NCBI GenBank assembly: GCA_965217895.1
Contig: CBDCJV010000002.1
Coordinates: 2,976,001 to 3,040,000 of the forward strand
Reading direction: 5' to 3'
From: Waterburya sp.
GTDB taxonomy: Bacteria; Cyanobacteriota; Cyanobacteriia; Cyanobacteriales; Xenococcaceae
Length of the DNA: 64,000 nt
The notes below the pieces were generated by a model. The model saw nothing but the letters and a program-made list of their open reading frames with translations. It searched no databases and was not told the DNA's origin. Positions within the stretch are counted from its first letter, which is position 1; each line of letters starts with the position of its first letter. The position numbers and the translations under genes were made by a program. Shown here piece after piece: positions 52,130-63,808 of this stretch.

Positions 52130-52285
52130 ATGCAAGAATTTAGTAAAATTGGGATTGATTTATTATTTTGTTTGCTCATTGGCTTTTTAATTATTAGAGC
52201 ATCTAATTCTTCTAAGCAAAATGAAGAATCAAATCATAGCTTAAGTTTAGAATCTGTAAAAATCAGTGTCGAAAGCTGGCAGTAA
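52130..52285 (+). CDS. Putative 51 aa single-TM small protein
   Basis: MQEFSKIGIDLLFCLLIGFLIIRASNSSKQNEE...SWQ*; AAAGG 9 nt upstream. Confidence 0.4.
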   Translation: MQEFSKIGIDLLFCLLIGFLIIRASNSSKQNEESNHSLSLESVKISVESWQ

Positions 52286-52572
52286 AACAAGGATAGGTAT
52301 ATTCTTGATAAACCTCCACTACATCTGTTTCTGCTGAATGCTAATCAACTATACCTAAAATAAAAATGTTGAGCAGGCTGTCTATAATTCTTGAAAACCT
52401 TTGGAGTGTGAAGCTTCTGGTCAACCGCGGTCAATTATGGGTAGATATCCCTAAACTCAGTGTAACTAGGCAAATGGTAGAATTATTAAATATAGCTATC
52501 TAACTGGGCAATCAAGACTTAGAAAACAAATATTAGACAGATAGAAATACGGATTATTCATAAAAAAATACT

Positions 52573-55431
52573 ATGTTCAAGAAACTGCTAGGCGATCCCA
52601 ACGCACGTAAACTAAAGAAATTTCAACCGTTGGTGGCAGAAGTCAACCTCATTGAAGAGGATATTAAGGATTTATCTGACGAAGAGTTAAGAGCTAAAAC
52701 AGCAGAATTTCGCCAGCAAATCTATAAAGCTACGAACGACGAAGAAATTAAAGATATTCTTGACGATATTCTGCCCGAGGCTTTTGCTGTAGTCAGAGAA
52801 GCAGCAATTCGTGTTTTGGGAATGCGCCACTACGATGTGCAGATACTTGGAGGCATAGTATTACATAAAGGGCAAATTGCCGAAATGAAAACTGGGGAAG
52901 GTAAAACCCTAGTATGTACTCTGCCTGCATATCTCAATGGTTTGACAGGCAAAGGAGTTCACGTGGTTACGGTCAACGATTACCTAGCCCGCAGAGACGC
53001 AGAATGGATGGGGCAGGTTCACCGTTTTCTCGGCTTAAGCGTCGGCTTAATTCAGGCAGGAATGAGTCCAGCAGAAAGAAGAAAAAACTATGCCTGTGAT
53101 ATTACTTATACCACGAACAGTGAGTTGGGCTTTGATTATCTACGGGATAATATGGCTGTCTCGATGGAAGAAGTTGTCCAGCGTCCTTTCAACTACTGTG
53201 TAATTGACGAGGTAGATTCTGTGCTGGTTGACGAAGCCAGAACACCTTTAATCATCTCAGGACAGGTAGAACGCCCGACAGAAAAGTATCTTCAGGCTTC
53301 CCAGGTGGCAGCGCAACTAGTCAAGCAAATAGAAAATTACGACGAAGAGGTCAATGGTGATGAAGGTATTGGTGATTACGAGGTAGACGAAAAAGCCCGT
53401 AATATTCTCATGACCGACGAAGGTTTTGCCCATGCTGAAGAAATTATCGGCGTAACAGATTTATACGACCCTGATAACCCTTGGGCGCACTACGTCTCCA
53501 ATGCTGTTAAAGCCAAAGAACTCTTTACTAAAGACGTTCACTATTTAGTGCGCAATGACGAGATTGTCATTGTCGATGAGTTTACTGGACGTGTATTAGC
53601 AGGAAGACGCTGGAGTGACGGCTTGCATCAAGCAATTGAAGCAAAAGAAGGTGTGCAAATCCAAAAAGAAACACAAACCTTAGCTAGCATTACTTATCAA
53701 AACTTTTTCTTGCTTTATCCCACCCTGGCAGGGATGACGGGGACAGCAAAAACTGAGGAAACTGAGTTTGAGAAAGTTTACAATCTTCAGGTAACAATCA
53801 TTCCTACTAACTTACCTTCAAGAAGAGCCGACCTTTCTGATGTAGTTTTTAAAAAAGAGCTTGGCAAGTGGCAGGCTGTAGCCGAAGACTGCGCTAATAT
53901 GCACTCTTTAGGTCGTCCTGTTTTAGTTGGTACTACTAGCGTTGAAAAATCAGAAACAATTTCTCAATTGCTACAGCAAAAGGGTATTGAACATAATTTG
54001 CTCAATGCCAAACCTGAAAACGTCGAGAGAGAATCAGAAATCGTTGCCCAAGCTGGTCGGAAAACTGCCGTAACCATCGCCACCAATATGGCTGGTAGAG
54101 GAACAGACATTATCTTAGGTGGTAACGCTGACTACATGGCAAGGCTGAAAGTTAGAGAATATTTAATGCCTAAAATAGTTGCCCCTGAAGATGATGATTT
54201 TATGGCATCAGTCCCTGGGATAAATATGGGCAAAAATGGTGCGAAAGGTTTTGCTGCTAACAACAATGGCAAGAAAGTAAAAACCTGGAAAGCATCTCCA
54301 CAAATTTTTCCTACAGAACTATCAGCAGAAGCAGAAAAGATGCTTAAGGAAACGGTTAAGTTTGCCGTGCAGCAATATGGCGAACAAAGCTTACCTGAGC
54401 TTGAAGTAGAAGAGAAAATTGCTGTGGCAGCAGAAAATGCTCCTGTAGATGACCCTGTGCTACAAAAACTAAGAGAAGTCTACCAAGTTATTCGTAAAGA
54501 GTACGACAAGTTTACCGATGCAGAGCATGGAGAGGTAATTGCTAACGGTGGACTGCACGTAATTGGTACAGAACGCCATGATTCTCGTCGGGTAGATAAT
54601 CAGTTACGAGGCAGGGCAGGAAGACAGGGTGACCCTGGTTCAACCAGATTCTTCCTTAGTTTAGATGATAACCTGTTGCGGATCTTTGGTGGCGATCGCG
54701 TTGAAAAACTGATGAATATGATGCGCGTTGAAGACGATATGCCCATTGAGTCTAAAATGCTGACCAACTCCTTAGAAGGAGCGCAAAAGAAAGTAGAAAC
54801 TTTCTATTATGATACCCGCAAGCAGGTCTTTGAATATGATGAGGTGATGAACAATCAGCGTCGTGCTATTTACGCCGAACGCCGTCGCGTCTTAGAAGGT
54901 TTAGATCTCAAGGAACAAGTTATTCAATATGCCGAGAAAACCATGGGAGAAATTGTCGATGCCTATGTTAACCCCGAATTACCTCCTGAAGAATGGAAGC
55001 TGGATAAGATGGTGGATAAAGCCAAAGAGTTTATCTATCTCCTCGAAGATGTCGAACCTGCTCATATAGAAGACATGACCGTTAATGAAATGAAAAATTT
55101 CTTGTGTGAAGAGGTTCGTAAAGCCTATGACATTAAAGAGCATCAAATAGACAGTATGCAGCCAGGGTTAATGCGCCAAGCAGAAAGATTTTTTATTCTG
55201 CAACAGATTGATACTCTATGGCGCGAACACTTACAGGCGATGGATGCTCTGCGAGAATCTATTGGTTTACGAGGTTATGGACAAAAAGATCCGCTGATTG
55301 AATACAAACAAGAGGGCTATGAAATGTTCTTAGAAATGATGATTGATATTCGCCGTAACGTTGTTTATTCTCTCTTCCAATTCCAACCTCAAACTCAGCC
55401 TCCTCAGCAAGCAGAAGTACAGGCAGTTTAA
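52573..55431 (+). CDS. secA: Preprotein translocase subunit SecA
   Basis: [38 protein letters not shown]. Confidence 0.98.
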   Translation: MFKKLLGDPNARKLKKFQPLVAEVNLIEEDIKDLSDEELRAKTAEFRQQIYKATNDEEIKDILDDILPEAFAVVREAAIRVLGMRHYDVQILGGIVLHKGQIAEMKTGEGKTLVCTLPAYLNGLTGKGVHVVTVNDYLARRDAEWMGQVHRFLGLSVGLIQAGMSPAERRKNYACDITYTTNSELGFDYLRDNMAVSMEEVVQRPFNYCVIDEVDSVLVDEARTPLIISGQVERPTEKYLQASQVAAQLVKQIENYDEEVNGDEGIGDYEVDEKARNILMTDEGFAHAEEIIGVTDLYDPDNPWAHYVSNAVKAKELFTKDVHYLVRNDEIVIVDEFTGRVLAGRRWSDGLHQAIEAKEGVQIQKETQTLASITYQNFFLLYPTLAGMTGTAKTEETEFEKVYNLQVTIIPTNLPSRRADLSDVVFKKELGKWQAVAEDCANMHSLGRPVLVGTTSVEKSETISQLLQQKGIEHNLLNAKPENVERESEIVAQAGRKTAVTIATNMAGRGTDIILGGNADYMARLKVREYLMPKIVAPEDDDFMASVPGINMGKNGAKGFAANNNGKKVKTWKASPQIFPTELSAEAEKMLKETVKFAVQQYGEQSLPELEVEEKIAVAAENAPVDDPVLQKLREVYQVIRKEYDKFTDAEHGEVIANGGLHVIGTERHDSRRVDNQLRGRAGRQGDPGSTRFFLSLDDNLLRIFGGDRVEKLMNMMRVEDDMPIESKMLTNSLEGAQKKVETFYYDTRKQVFEYDEVMNNQRRAIYAERRRVLEGLDLKEQVIQYAEKTMGEIVDAYVNPELPPEEWKLDKMVDKAKEFIYLLEDVEPAHIEDMTVNEMKNFLCEEVRKAYDIKEHQIDSMQPGLMRQAERFFILQQIDTLWREHLQAMDALRESIGLRGYGQKDPLIEYKQEGYEMFLEMMIDIRRNVVYSLFQFQPQTQPPQQAEVQAV

Positions 55432-55445
55432 GAAAGTCTTTACTG

Positions 55446-55473
55446 AAAAGCCAGCAATAATTGCTGGCTTTTT
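55446..55473 (+). terminator. secA terminator
   Basis: aaaagccagcaa-taa-ttgctggcttttt. Confidence 0.8.
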
Positions 55474-55588
55474 AATTTTTACTATGATATATATCTTAAT
55501 AAATCGTATTAAAAATAATAACTCTTTGAGTATAAATAAAACGGAAATAATAACCTGCTTTAGCTACTTCAACTATTAGTCTTAAAGC

Positions 55589-55622
55589 AAAAAAGAGACT
55601 GCAAAACGCTAGTCTCCTTTTT
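55589..55622 (-). terminator. Terminator of the DUF3155 gene
   Basis: aaaaaagagact...agtctcctttt hairpin flanked by A and T runs. Confidence 0.6.
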
Positions 55623-55691
55623 ACTTTAGTAAGATGTTAAAATACATTTTACTTATTTAAATATGGAATTTTTATTTTCAAGATTTGGCTA

Positions 55692-56018
55692 TTAACGAGT
55701 TGCTGTGGTTGCAGCAGCTTTACTATTATCCCATTCCTGAAGTTCAATAGATTGCAAGCTAGGAAAGAGGAAATGATTCTCTTCTACATATTGCGCTCCA
55801 AACAATCCTTTTTCAGCCCAGAAGTATCTATCTGTAGTGTGTTCGTTTCTCTTAACCACCAAGACTGCTGGAGGTTGAATACCCATATTGGCTATATGAT
55901 TGCGAGCTGCGGTTACTGGTTTCTCTTCGCCACTTTCGATATGATACTGAGAGACTAATTCTAATATTTTGCGACCTTCTTGACGACGACGGCTTTTACG
56001 TTTGCGTTTCCTTGCCAA
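55692..56018 (-). CDS. DUF3155 family protein
   Basis: ARKRKRKSRRRQEGR...KPVTAAR...RNEHTTDRYFWAEKGLFGAQY; TTG start with GGAGG ribosome-binding site. Confidence 0.88.
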   Translation of the reverse strand: MARKRKRKSRRRQEGRKILELVSQYHIESGEEKPVTAARNHIANMGIQPPAVLVVKRNEHTTDRYFWAEKGLFGAQYVEENHFLFPSLQSIELQEWDNSKAAATTATR

Positions 56019-56299
56019 CCCTTTTACCTCCTAATATTCACTAAGGGAATACTGTGTCATTAGTTACTTATTATGAGCCAATTGTATCGTAATGAACAAT
56101 AAAAATCAACTACCCAGAGGAGATATTATCGAAAAGATATTTAGATAAAAATACTAAACAAAAAATGTCTGGTTTGATAATTTATGATGGAAAAAGATAA
56201 AGCTGTAAAACTAAAATTAGATATACACAGCTTAGGCTGACGGCAATTGTTTTTTGGCTAATGTCTAGATTTACCGCAATCTCTGTCTTGGGAGCATTA

Positions 56300-57622
56300 A
56301 TGTCAGACAACTATTTTTCCAGTACTGAATTTACCGCTTTGTGTCAGTCTCAGATAACAATACTGTCTAAAAGTTTGGGAGCGGTATGGAGCGTGATTTA
56401 TTTAACAGAGGAAATGAGCGAAGATGGACAGGCGCAGTTGTTTCCTTTGGCAGTTTATCCTCAAGGTAAAAATAAAAAAGCTTTAGAACTTCCTCCTGTT
56501 AAATTATCTGAGTTTTGGCAACAGTTACAGTCTAATTCAGTTGCTCAGTTACTACCTGCTAATTTGACCAACAAAAATACTAAAAATCAATCAGCACCTA
56601 ATCTAAAATCTGGCTCAGAAGAGAGAAAACAGTTAATAGTACCTTTGATTCATCAAGATACTTTTTTTGGTTTGCTAGTAACTGGAAGAGAGGATCGAGA
56701 ATGGCAATCAACAGAGTTAAGGCAGATCGAAGAAATTACGCGAACTATTGCGATCGCTCGTTTTTTAGAGCTTCAATATCACTGGACTAAAGAAGAATTG
56801 ACCGCTCAAAAAAATCGGCAACGTCTTGAGCGCGATCGCCAAGACGATCTGTTACATCAGCTACGTAACCCTTTAACTGCACTGCGGACATTTGGCAAAT
56901 TATTGATTAAACGCTTGCTGCCAGGCGATAGCAATCGTTTAATTGCTCAGAGCATCCTAGAACAAAGCGATCGTTTTCAACAGCTTCTAGAACAGTTTGA
57001 AACCGAGTCAAACGCTATAGATTCAATTAATTACGAAGATTTTGAGCGGAGCAAGATCCCTGTCTTAGAAGCTAGTGATTTTACGGTAGCACAAAGCAAC
57101 TTTTTGTTACCAAGCTCTGATAAAGAATTAGATTCTCTAGATTTGCAGCAAATTCTCGAACCTCTCTTGAATACAGCCAAGGCGATTGCTACAGACAGAA
57201 ATATTAAATTAACTACTAACATTCCCTCAATTATCCCCAAGGTAAGAGCAGATATTTCAGCTTTGAGAGAAATTTTTAATAACTTAATTGACAATGCTTT
57301 AAAGTACACTCCTGCTGGAGGAAAAGTGCAGCTCGATTTAGAAACAAAGCAGTTGGCAACTGAGCCAAAAATGTTGGGTATAGCAATTAGTGATACTGGT
57401 TATGGTATTCCCACAGCCGATCGAGAGCATATTTTTGAGCGACACTATCGGGGAATACAGGCACAAAGCGATATTCCTGGCACTGGTTTAGGACTGGCGA
57501 TCGCTCATGAACTGATTGTCAAGATGCAGGGAAAAATTGAATTAATCAGCCCTAACAATTTGTCAAAAGATAGTCCTGGTACTACCTTTATTGTGTGGAT
57601 ACCTGTTTTCATTGAGCATTGA
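56300..57622 (+). CDS. hik2: GAF-domain sensor histidine kinase (Hik2/CSK-like)
   Basis: EF.ALCQSQ N-terminus, LHQLRNPLTALRTFGKLL H-box, NLIDNALKYT, DTGYGI, GTGLGL; divergent from DUF3155. Confidence 0.8.
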   Translation: MSDNYFSSTEFTALCQSQITILSKSLGAVWSVIYLTEEMSEDGQAQLFPLAVYPQGKNKKALELPPVKLSEFWQQLQSNSVAQLLPANLTNKNTKNQSAPNLKSGSEERKQLIVPLIHQDTFFGLLVTGREDREWQSTELRQIEEITRTIAIARFLELQYHWTKEELTAQKNRQRLERDRQDDLLHQLRNPLTALRTFGKLLIKRLLPGDSNRLIAQSILEQSDRFQQLLEQFETESNAIDSINYEDFERSKIPVLEASDFTVAQSNFLLPSSDKELDSLDLQQILEPLLNTAKAIATDRNIKLTTNIPSIIPKVRADISALREIFNNLIDNALKYTPAGGKVQLDLETKQLATEPKMLGIAISDTGYGIPTADREHIFERHYRGIQAQSDIPGTGLGLAIAHELIVKMQGKIELISPNNLSKDSPGTTFIVWIPVFIEH

Positions 57623-57689
57623 ACATTGAACATTGAGCATTGACCAACAATAGATGTTAAATGTTAACTGATAAATGTTTAATGTTAAC
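57610..57689. repeat. Inverted pair of heptamer arrays (CATTGAR x5 / TGTTNAA x5)
   Basis: cattgag cattgaa cattgaa cattgag cattgac ... tgttaaa tgttaac tgataaa tgtttaa tgttaac. Confidence 0.8.
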
Positions 57690-57691
57690 CG

Positions 57692-58717
57692 ATGCGGAAA
57701 TTATATTTTTTATTACCAGGGACAACGGGAAAGTTTAATGGAGGCGGATTATGGGCAGAATTAAAAACCTGTGCTTTGGCAAAGCAAATATGTGCTGCTG
57801 AAGTAGTTACCTATCGACAACGAGAAAAAGATTGCGCTTTTTTGGCTGATATTTTGCCAATGACTGATGCACAATCTTCGATTTTTATTGTTGGCTGGGG
57901 TTTTGATGTTCCTAAGCTAATTGCTAAACTTCAGGGGCAAAAGCAAAATATTGTCTATCACGCTCATAGTGCAGGCTATGGTTTCGATCTACCGCCAGAA
58001 ATTCCCATTATTACCGTTAGTCGCAACACGATGGGTTATTGGGGTCAAAAAGCTGCAAACGGCTTGATTTATTATCTTCCTAATCAAATTAGTGATGAAT
58101 TTTATAATGCAAATCAACCACGAGACATTGAGATAGTAGTGCAGACGCGCAAGTCTTCACAATACCTGCTGCAACAATTGATTCCTGCTTTAAAAAACCG
58201 TTATCGGGTTGAAGTTATTGACAGTTATGTAGAAGATTTAGCCCGACTGTTTAATCGTAGCCAAGTTTATCTCTATGACTCTGCTGAATACTGGGCAACA
58301 AATGGTGTAACTGAAGGATTTGGTTTACCACCATTAGAAGCTTTAGCCTGTGGCTGCACAGTTTTTTCTAGCGTTAATCACGGACTATCAGATTTTTTAG
58401 ATCCTGGATTTAACTGTCATAAGATTGCGGGATATAGCCTGGAATATGACCTACAGCGAATTGCTAAAGCGTTGGGTCAACCGCCAAATTTTAAGTTAAT
58501 CGATTCACTGTTGGCAGAATATCGTCAAGAGAATTTATTGGCTAGATTTAAAGTAATTCTGGCTGAGATTAATGATTTTTTTGAGATGCGATCGCCTTTG
58601 TTATCTGGAGAATGTCAGCTTGCAAACACCATTAATAGCTTGAATACCAAACGTATCAACAGGTTAAAAATACAGAGAATCTTAGCTAAGCTGCAGCAAA
58701 AGCTGACCAGAAAATAG
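57692..58717 (+). CDS. Glycosyltransferase (GT4-like)
   Basis: GGGLWAE, EGFGLPPLEALACG. Confidence 0.85.
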   Translation: MRKLYFLLPGTTGKFNGGGLWAELKTCALAKQICAAEVVTYRQREKDCAFLADILPMTDAQSSIFIVGWGFDVPKLIAKLQGQKQNIVYHAHSAGYGFDLPPEIPIITVSRNTMGYWGQKAANGLIYYLPNQISDEFYNANQPRDIEIVVQTRKSSQYLLQQLIPALKNRYRVEVIDSYVEDLARLFNRSQVYLYDSAEYWATNGVTEGFGLPPLEALACGCTVFSSVNHGLSDFLDPGFNCHKIAGYSLEYDLQRIAKALGQPPNFKLIDSLLAEYRQENLLARFKVILAEINDFFEMRSPLLSGECQLANTINSLNTKRINRLKIQRILAKLQQKLTRK

Positions 58718-58917
58718 ATTTAAAGAATTTTTGATGATAGGAAAGACTCTACGGTAGATGTAGCGGGGTCTTTAGTCCTACCAGAAAGTAGCAAAATGTG
58801 CTAGAATTTATTTATAAAATGCGACTATATTGGGCTTTATTGGCTATAAAAGAGAAGCAAGCAGAGTTTATCAGCCATTAATCCAAATTATTGCATATAT
58901 TTGGAGTTTTTCACAGT

Positions 58918-61473
58918 ATGACCACTTCCCAGGAACGGATTATCCCCACTGATCTGAGTAACGAAATGTCTCGCTCCTATTTGGAGTACGCCATGAGCGT
59001 AATTGTCGGCAGGGCATTGCCAGACGCTAGGGATGGTCTTAAACCAGTTCATCGTCGCATCCTCTATGCGATGTACGAATTAGGACTAACCCCAGACCGT
59101 CCGTTTCGTAAGTGCGCCCGTGTTGTGGGGGAAGTATTAGGTAAATATCATCCTCACGGTGATACCGCCGTTTATGATGCGTTGGTGAGGATGGCGCAGG
59201 ATTTCTCCATGAGAAACCCCTTAATTAACGGACATGGCAACTTTGGGTCAATAGATAACGATCCTCCCGCAGCCATGCGTTATACGGAGTGTCGCTTACA
59301 GGCATTGGCAACCGATTCACTACTGCGAGATATTGAAGCCGAAACCGTAGACTTTGCCGATAACTTTGATGGTTCACAGCAAGAACCTGTGGTGCTTCCC
59401 GCCAGAATTCCTCAGCTTTTGCTTAACGGTTCATCGGGTATTGCCGTAGGCATGGCAACTAATATTCCTCCTCATAATTTGGGAGAAGTGATCGAAGGTG
59501 CGATCGCCTTAATTCATAATCCCGAAATTAGCGATCTCGAATTGATGCAGTACATCCAAGGTCCTGATTTTCCTACAGGGGGGCAAATCATCGGCAGAGC
59601 AGGCATTAAAGAGGCATACACTACAGGTAGAGGCTCAATTACCATGCGCGGGGTAGCCGAGATCGAAACCCTACAGCAGCGTGGTAGAGCCGACAAAGAA
59701 GCAATTATTATTACCCAACTGCCCTACCAAACCAATAAAGCCGCTTTAATTGAAAAGATTGCTGATTTGGTTAACGATCAAAGAATAGAGGGGATTTCTG
59801 ATATCCGCGACGAGAGCGATCGCACGGGGATGCGAGTAGTGATTGAGCTTAAACGGGATGCCTATCCTCGTGTTGTGCTTAATAACCTTTATAAGCAAAC
59901 TGCGGTACAGGCTAACTTTGGGGCAAATATGTTGGCATTGGTCAATAACGATCCTCAGTTACTGACTATTCGTCGCTTTTTGCAGGTATTCTTAGAATTC
60001 CGTGTCGAAGCAATCACTAGAAGAACTCGCTACCAGCTTCGCAAAGCCGAAGAAAGAGATCATCTGTTACAGGGTTTATTGATTGCTTTAGACAATATTG
60101 ATGCCATCATTGGACTAATTAGAGGTGCAGCAGATACCGCCTCCGCTAAAGACGAGTTGATTCAAGGGTTTGGTTTATCTTCTACTCAAGCAGATGCCAT
60201 TTTACAAATGCAGTTGCGTCGTCTAACTGCCTTAGAAGCAGAAAAAATTCAGGCAGAACATGAAGACTTACAGACGCAAATTGCCGACCTAAACGATATT
60301 TTGGCGCGCAAAGAACGAATTGAAGAAATTATTGAGTCGGAACTAACCACAATCAAAAATGTTCATGCTACTCCTCGTAAAACTGAGATTGTTCAGGGAG
60401 AAGGGGAACTATTAGATAAAGACCTAATTGCCAATGAGCAGTCGGTGATTCTGCTAACTGAGCAAGGATATATCAAGCGGATGCCCGTAAGTACCTTTGA
60501 AGCTCAAAGCAGAGCAACCAGAGGTAAAGCTGCTGCCAAGATGAGGGAAAACGACGGCATAGAACACTTCATGACCTGTTGCGATCATGATAAAGTTCTG
60601 TTCTTTAGCGATCGCGGGGTGGTATATTCTTTCTATGCCTATCAAATTCCTGCTACCTCGCGCACGGCTAGGGGAATACCTTTGGTGCAGATGCTGCCCA
60701 TTTCCCAGGCAGAAAAAATCACCTCGCTGATTGCAGTAAGCGAGTTTACCGAAGACGAATATCTAATCATGCTCACCCGCAAGGGCAATATCAAAAAAAC
60801 TGCCCTCTCAGCTTTTGCTAATATTCGCTCTAATGGTTTAATCGCTATTTCCCTCCAGCCAGAAGACGAACTACGCTGGGTACGTTTAGCAACAGACGAA
60901 GACAGCGTGATCATTGGCACACGCCAAGGAAAAGCAATTCACTTCAAAACTAATAAACAGCAGTTACGTCCGTTAGGCAGATCCACCAAAGGGGTTAAAT
61001 CTATGAAGCTTAGGGGTAAAGATGAATTAATTAGCATGGATATTATTCCTGCACAGATCGTTGCCACTATAGCTGAGACAACAGATGAAGAAGATGAAGA
61101 CAACGGCGAAGAGCTGATCGTCAATGAAGAGACAGATCGAGGGCCTTGGTTACTAGCTATTACCAATAATGGCTATGGCAAAAGAGTTCCTATTGCTAAA
61201 TTCCGCCTGCAAAATCGTGCGGGTATGGGAGTAAGAGCGATTAAGTTTAAATCAAAAGATGATTGCTTAGTAGCAATTGATATTGTCAATCCAGACGATG
61301 AACTAATGATCGTTACCAATCGAGGTATCATGATTCGTCAGGGAGTAAAAGCAATATCTTTACAGTCTCGTAATGCTACTGGAGTTAGAGTCCAGAGACT
61401 AGATAAAGACGATGCGATCGCTGCTGTTGCTCCCGTACCACCTCTAGAAATAGATGAAGAGGAAGAAAGTTAA
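58918..61473 (+). CDS. gyrA: DNA gyrase subunit A
   Basis: [32 protein letters not shown], GyrA box QSRATRG. ATG at 58918. Confidence 0.97.
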   Translation: MTTSQERIIPTDLSNEMSRSYLEYAMSVIVGRALPDARDGLKPVHRRILYAMYELGLTPDRPFRKCARVVGEVLGKYHPHGDTAVYDALVRMAQDFSMRNPLINGHGNFGSIDNDPPAAMRYTECRLQALATDSLLRDIEAETVDFADNFDGSQQEPVVLPARIPQLLLNGSSGIAVGMATNIPPHNLGEVIEGAIALIHNPEISDLELMQYIQGPDFPTGGQIIGRAGIKEAYTTGRGSITMRGVAEIETLQQRGRADKEAIIITQLPYQTNKAALIEKIADLVNDQRIEGISDIRDESDRTGMRVVIELKRDAYPRVVLNNLYKQTAVQANFGANMLALVNNDPQLLTIRRFLQVFLEFRVEAITRRTRYQLRKAEERDHLLQGLLIALDNIDAIIGLIRGAADTASAKDELIQGFGLSSTQADAILQMQLRRLTALEAEKIQAEHEDLQTQIADLNDILARKERIEEIIESELTTIKNVHATPRKTEIVQGEGELLDKDLIANEQSVILLTEQGYIKRMPVSTFEAQSRATRGKAAAKMRENDGIEHFMTCCDHDKVLFFSDRGVVYSFYAYQIPATSRTARGIPLVQMLPISQAEKITSLIAVSEFTEDEYLIMLTRKGNIKKTALSAFANIRSNGLIAISLQPEDELRWVRLATDEDSVIIGTRQGKAIHFKTNKQQLRPLGRSTKGVKSMKLRGKDELISMDIIPAQIVATIAETTDEEDEDNGEELIVNEETDRGPWLLAITNNGYGKRVPIAKFRLQNRAGMGVRAIKFKSKDDCLVAIDIVNPDDELMIVTNRGIMIRQGVKAISLQSRNATGVRVQRLDKDDAIAAVAPVPPLEIDEEEES

Positions 61474-61594
61474 ATCTTGCTTCGCCCTCAGCTTTAAGCT
61501 TTGAACCTGAAGCTTAAAGCTATTTATTACAGATGAAGAACAAGTTCCTTTCCTGATTATTATTTATGTAACTCTAAAATTGAGGAGGCTAGAC

Positions 61595-61746
61595 TAAACT
61601 GAGTTCGGGATAAGCTAAAACCCCAGCCACTGAATTAATTACAAAATTCTTTTTTCTGAGAGGATTGTTTAATCTGGCTGTTTAGCAATATTCTCAAGGC
61701 TTATAGCTACCTTAGCATTTAATTGTCTTAACCCGAATCGAAGTTA
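61595..61746. mobile_element. MITE, inverted homologue of 37853-37996
   Basis: taaactgagttcgggataag ... cttaacccgaatcgaagtta; internal ggcttatagctacc is the near reverse complement of ggtagctataagct in the other copy. Confidence 0.75.
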
Positions 61747-61775
61747 AACTAGCTGCCATTTAAACAATTGTGTCG

Positions 61776-63356
61776 ATGGATAACAATCTCGTAGGACAAA
61801 TTATTCAGGGACGTTATTACGTCGTCAAACAACTCGGAAGAGGCGGTGTTGGAGTCACTTTTTTGGCAGAGGATCGACAGTGTTTTAATAGCCCTTGCGT
61901 AGTCAAGCAGCTAAAACCAAAATTGGCAAATGCCAAAACTCTAGAAATAGCTCGACGGCTGTTTAATCGCGAAGCAGAAATCATGAATCGCTTAGGAGAC
62001 TGCGATCGCATTCCTCGCTTGCTAGCTTATTTTGAACACAACCAGGATTTTTTTCTGGTTCAGGAGCTAGTTGAAGGACACGATCTAAGCCAGGAAATAA
62101 TTGCCGGTCAACCTTGGTCGGCAGATAAAGCGATCGCTTTGCTCAAGGATATTCTAGAAGTTTTGATGTTTGTTCAGCAAAACAACGTTGTTCACCGTGA
62201 TTTAAAGCCCTCAAATTTGATGCGTCGCGATCAAGACCAAAAAATTATCTTGATCGATTTTGGCTCAGTTAAACAAATAAGTACGCAAATTGTTAATCCA
62301 GCAGGACAAGTTAATCCTACTGTAGCAGTTGGCACTAGATCCTATATGCCAATAGAGCAAATGACTGGTCATCCTGGATTTTATAGCGATATTTATGCTG
62401 TTGGGATTATTATTATCCAAGCTTTAACAGGAGTTCATCCTCGAGATTTGAATGTTGATGAAGATAATGAAATCATCTGGCGTAATAAACTCGATCATCA
62501 GGCAAATTATCAACCACGATTTTTAGAAATTTTAGATACTATGGTGCGCCGTCGTCACCAACAAAGATATACTTCGGCGCAAGCTGTGCTGTTAGATCTA
62601 GAACAGTTAAACGCACTAACAAACAATGATAAAGCAACAAAAATTGTTGCTAATTCCACTTCATCTAATTCATCGATAAAAGTTCAGGCTGTTCCAAAAA
62701 TTGAGCGCGAAACAAAAACCATTAGCAGCCAAAGTAATAATCATCAAAATGTCCCTCTTAATTTACCTACAAGGGCTAAGTCCAAAAAATCAAAGTTTAA
62801 AATAAGTTTGGCGATCGCTAGCGTAGTGGCATTGTTAGCTGCTGTTTTAGGAGGATGGGTACTGTTCCAAAAATTTAATTCACCGCCAAAGTTTCAACTA
62901 TCTCTGTATAAAAATATTAACCAAGGTTTTCAAGTAGATTATCCTGAACCATGGCTAAAGCAGAATCGAGACGATTTTTTTGCTACAGGAGTTGTTTTTT
63001 TGGCACCTTTAGATGGCGATCGCGATAAATTTAAAGAACGAGTTAGTGTCCTGGTAGAAAACTTGTCTGGAAAAACTTCTTTAGCAGCATACACCGATGA
63101 ATCGATCGCAGAAATCAAAAAGCTTTCCGATCCCAACGTCAGCAAGGCTCAAGCAGTTAGATTAGGGGGGCGTGAAGGACGACAAGTTATCTATCATGGA
63201 GAAGAAAACGGTTACCCCGTAGATAAGATGCAGGCTTGGTTGGTAAAAGATAATCAGGCTTATATATTTACCTATACGGCTCAACCAGAAAATTACGATA
63301 GCTATTTACCTACAGTTGAGAAAATGATTGAATCTTTTGCAATTATTAGCAATTGA
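61776..63356 (+). CDS. Ser/Thr protein kinase with TM and PsbP/DcrB-like extracellular domain
   Basis: GRGGVG, VVKQL, HRDLKPSN, DFG; TM near residue 345-367; C-terminal F.VDYP..W...AYIFTYTA...Y..YLP.VEKMIESF. Confidence 0.9.
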   Translation: MDNNLVGQIIQGRYYVVKQLGRGGVGVTFLAEDRQCFNSPCVVKQLKPKLANAKTLEIARRLFNREAEIMNRLGDCDRIPRLLAYFEHNQDFFLVQELVEGHDLSQEIIAGQPWSADKAIALLKDILEVLMFVQQNNVVHRDLKPSNLMRRDQDQKIILIDFGSVKQISTQIVNPAGQVNPTVAVGTRSYMPIEQMTGHPGFYSDIYAVGIIIIQALTGVHPRDLNVDEDNEIIWRNKLDHQANYQPRFLEILDTMVRRRHQQRYTSAQAVLLDLEQLNALTNNDKATKIVANSTSSNSSIKVQAVPKIERETKTISSQSNNHQNVPLNLPTRAKSKKSKFKISLAIASVVALLAAVLGGWVLFQKFNSPPKFQLSLYKNINQGFQVDYPEPWLKQNRDDFFATGVVFLAPLDGDRDKFKERVSVLVENLSGKTSLAAYTDESIAEIKKLSDPNVSKAQAVRLGGREGRQVIYHGEENGYPVDKMQAWLVKDNQAYIFTYTAQPENYDSYLPTVEKMIESFAIISN

Positions 63357-63437
63357 CAATTTGACCTTAACTTATATTCTCGATTTTCCAGACAAGTTGA
63401 TTATTATCGTTTGATGTCTAACATTAACTGAACGCAG

Positions 63438-63554
63438 TATAGTCATTCTAATTAGTTGACGTATGGTATTTTTGTATTAACAAGTAGGTTAAATGCTACT
63501 CATTACTAATTACTTTTTCTCAAAACCAACTGGTTGCTATTTAAAATGACTACA
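63438..63554. mobile_element. MITE (TATAGTCATT family)
   Basis: tatagtcattctaat ... atttaaaatgactaca. Confidence 0.7.
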
Positions 63555-63568
63555 ATAGCTCAGTTCTG

Positions 63569-63599
63569 TTGACAATCTCCGAGATGAATATGTTACTAT
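63569..63599 (+). promoter_or_regulatory. Putative tRNA-Arg promoter
   Basis: TTGACA at 63569 and extended -10 TGnTACTAT at 63591-63599; the 19 bp spacer is long. Confidence 0.4.
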
Positions 63600-63613
63600 T
63601 ATTGAGCAAATCT

Positions 63614-63687
63614 GGGTCATTAGCTCAACTGGATAGAGCAACGCCCTTCTAAGGCGTAGGTTTCAGGTTCGAGTCCTGAATGGCCTG
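63614..63687 (+). tRNA. trnR: tRNA-Arg(TCT)
   Basis: GGGTCATTAGCTCAACTGGATAGAGCAACGCCCTTCTAAGGCGTAGGTTTCAGGTTCGAGTCCTGAATGGCCTG. Confidence 0.93.
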
Positions 63688-63808
63688 TATCGCGCTATCG
63701 CTTGATACCTTTACGCTCTCTCTGAAACCTCTGCTTCAGTAAAGCGTAGTCTTGCTCAAAAGTGAACATAACAAAAAGCCGAAGGCGAATTTTTTTCTCA
63801 ACCAAAGG

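Noticed and set aside
58918..61473. Intein in gyrA
   Set aside because: Normal length and continuous motifs; the acidic insert in the C-terminal domain is short and lacks splicing motifs.
2491..63145. Short ORFs in the track that overlap long genes (e.g. 2491-2781, 15761-16024, 22786-23184, 34000-34308, 60642-60920)
   Set aside because: Antisense or alternative-frame shadows of well-supported genes, with no motifs.
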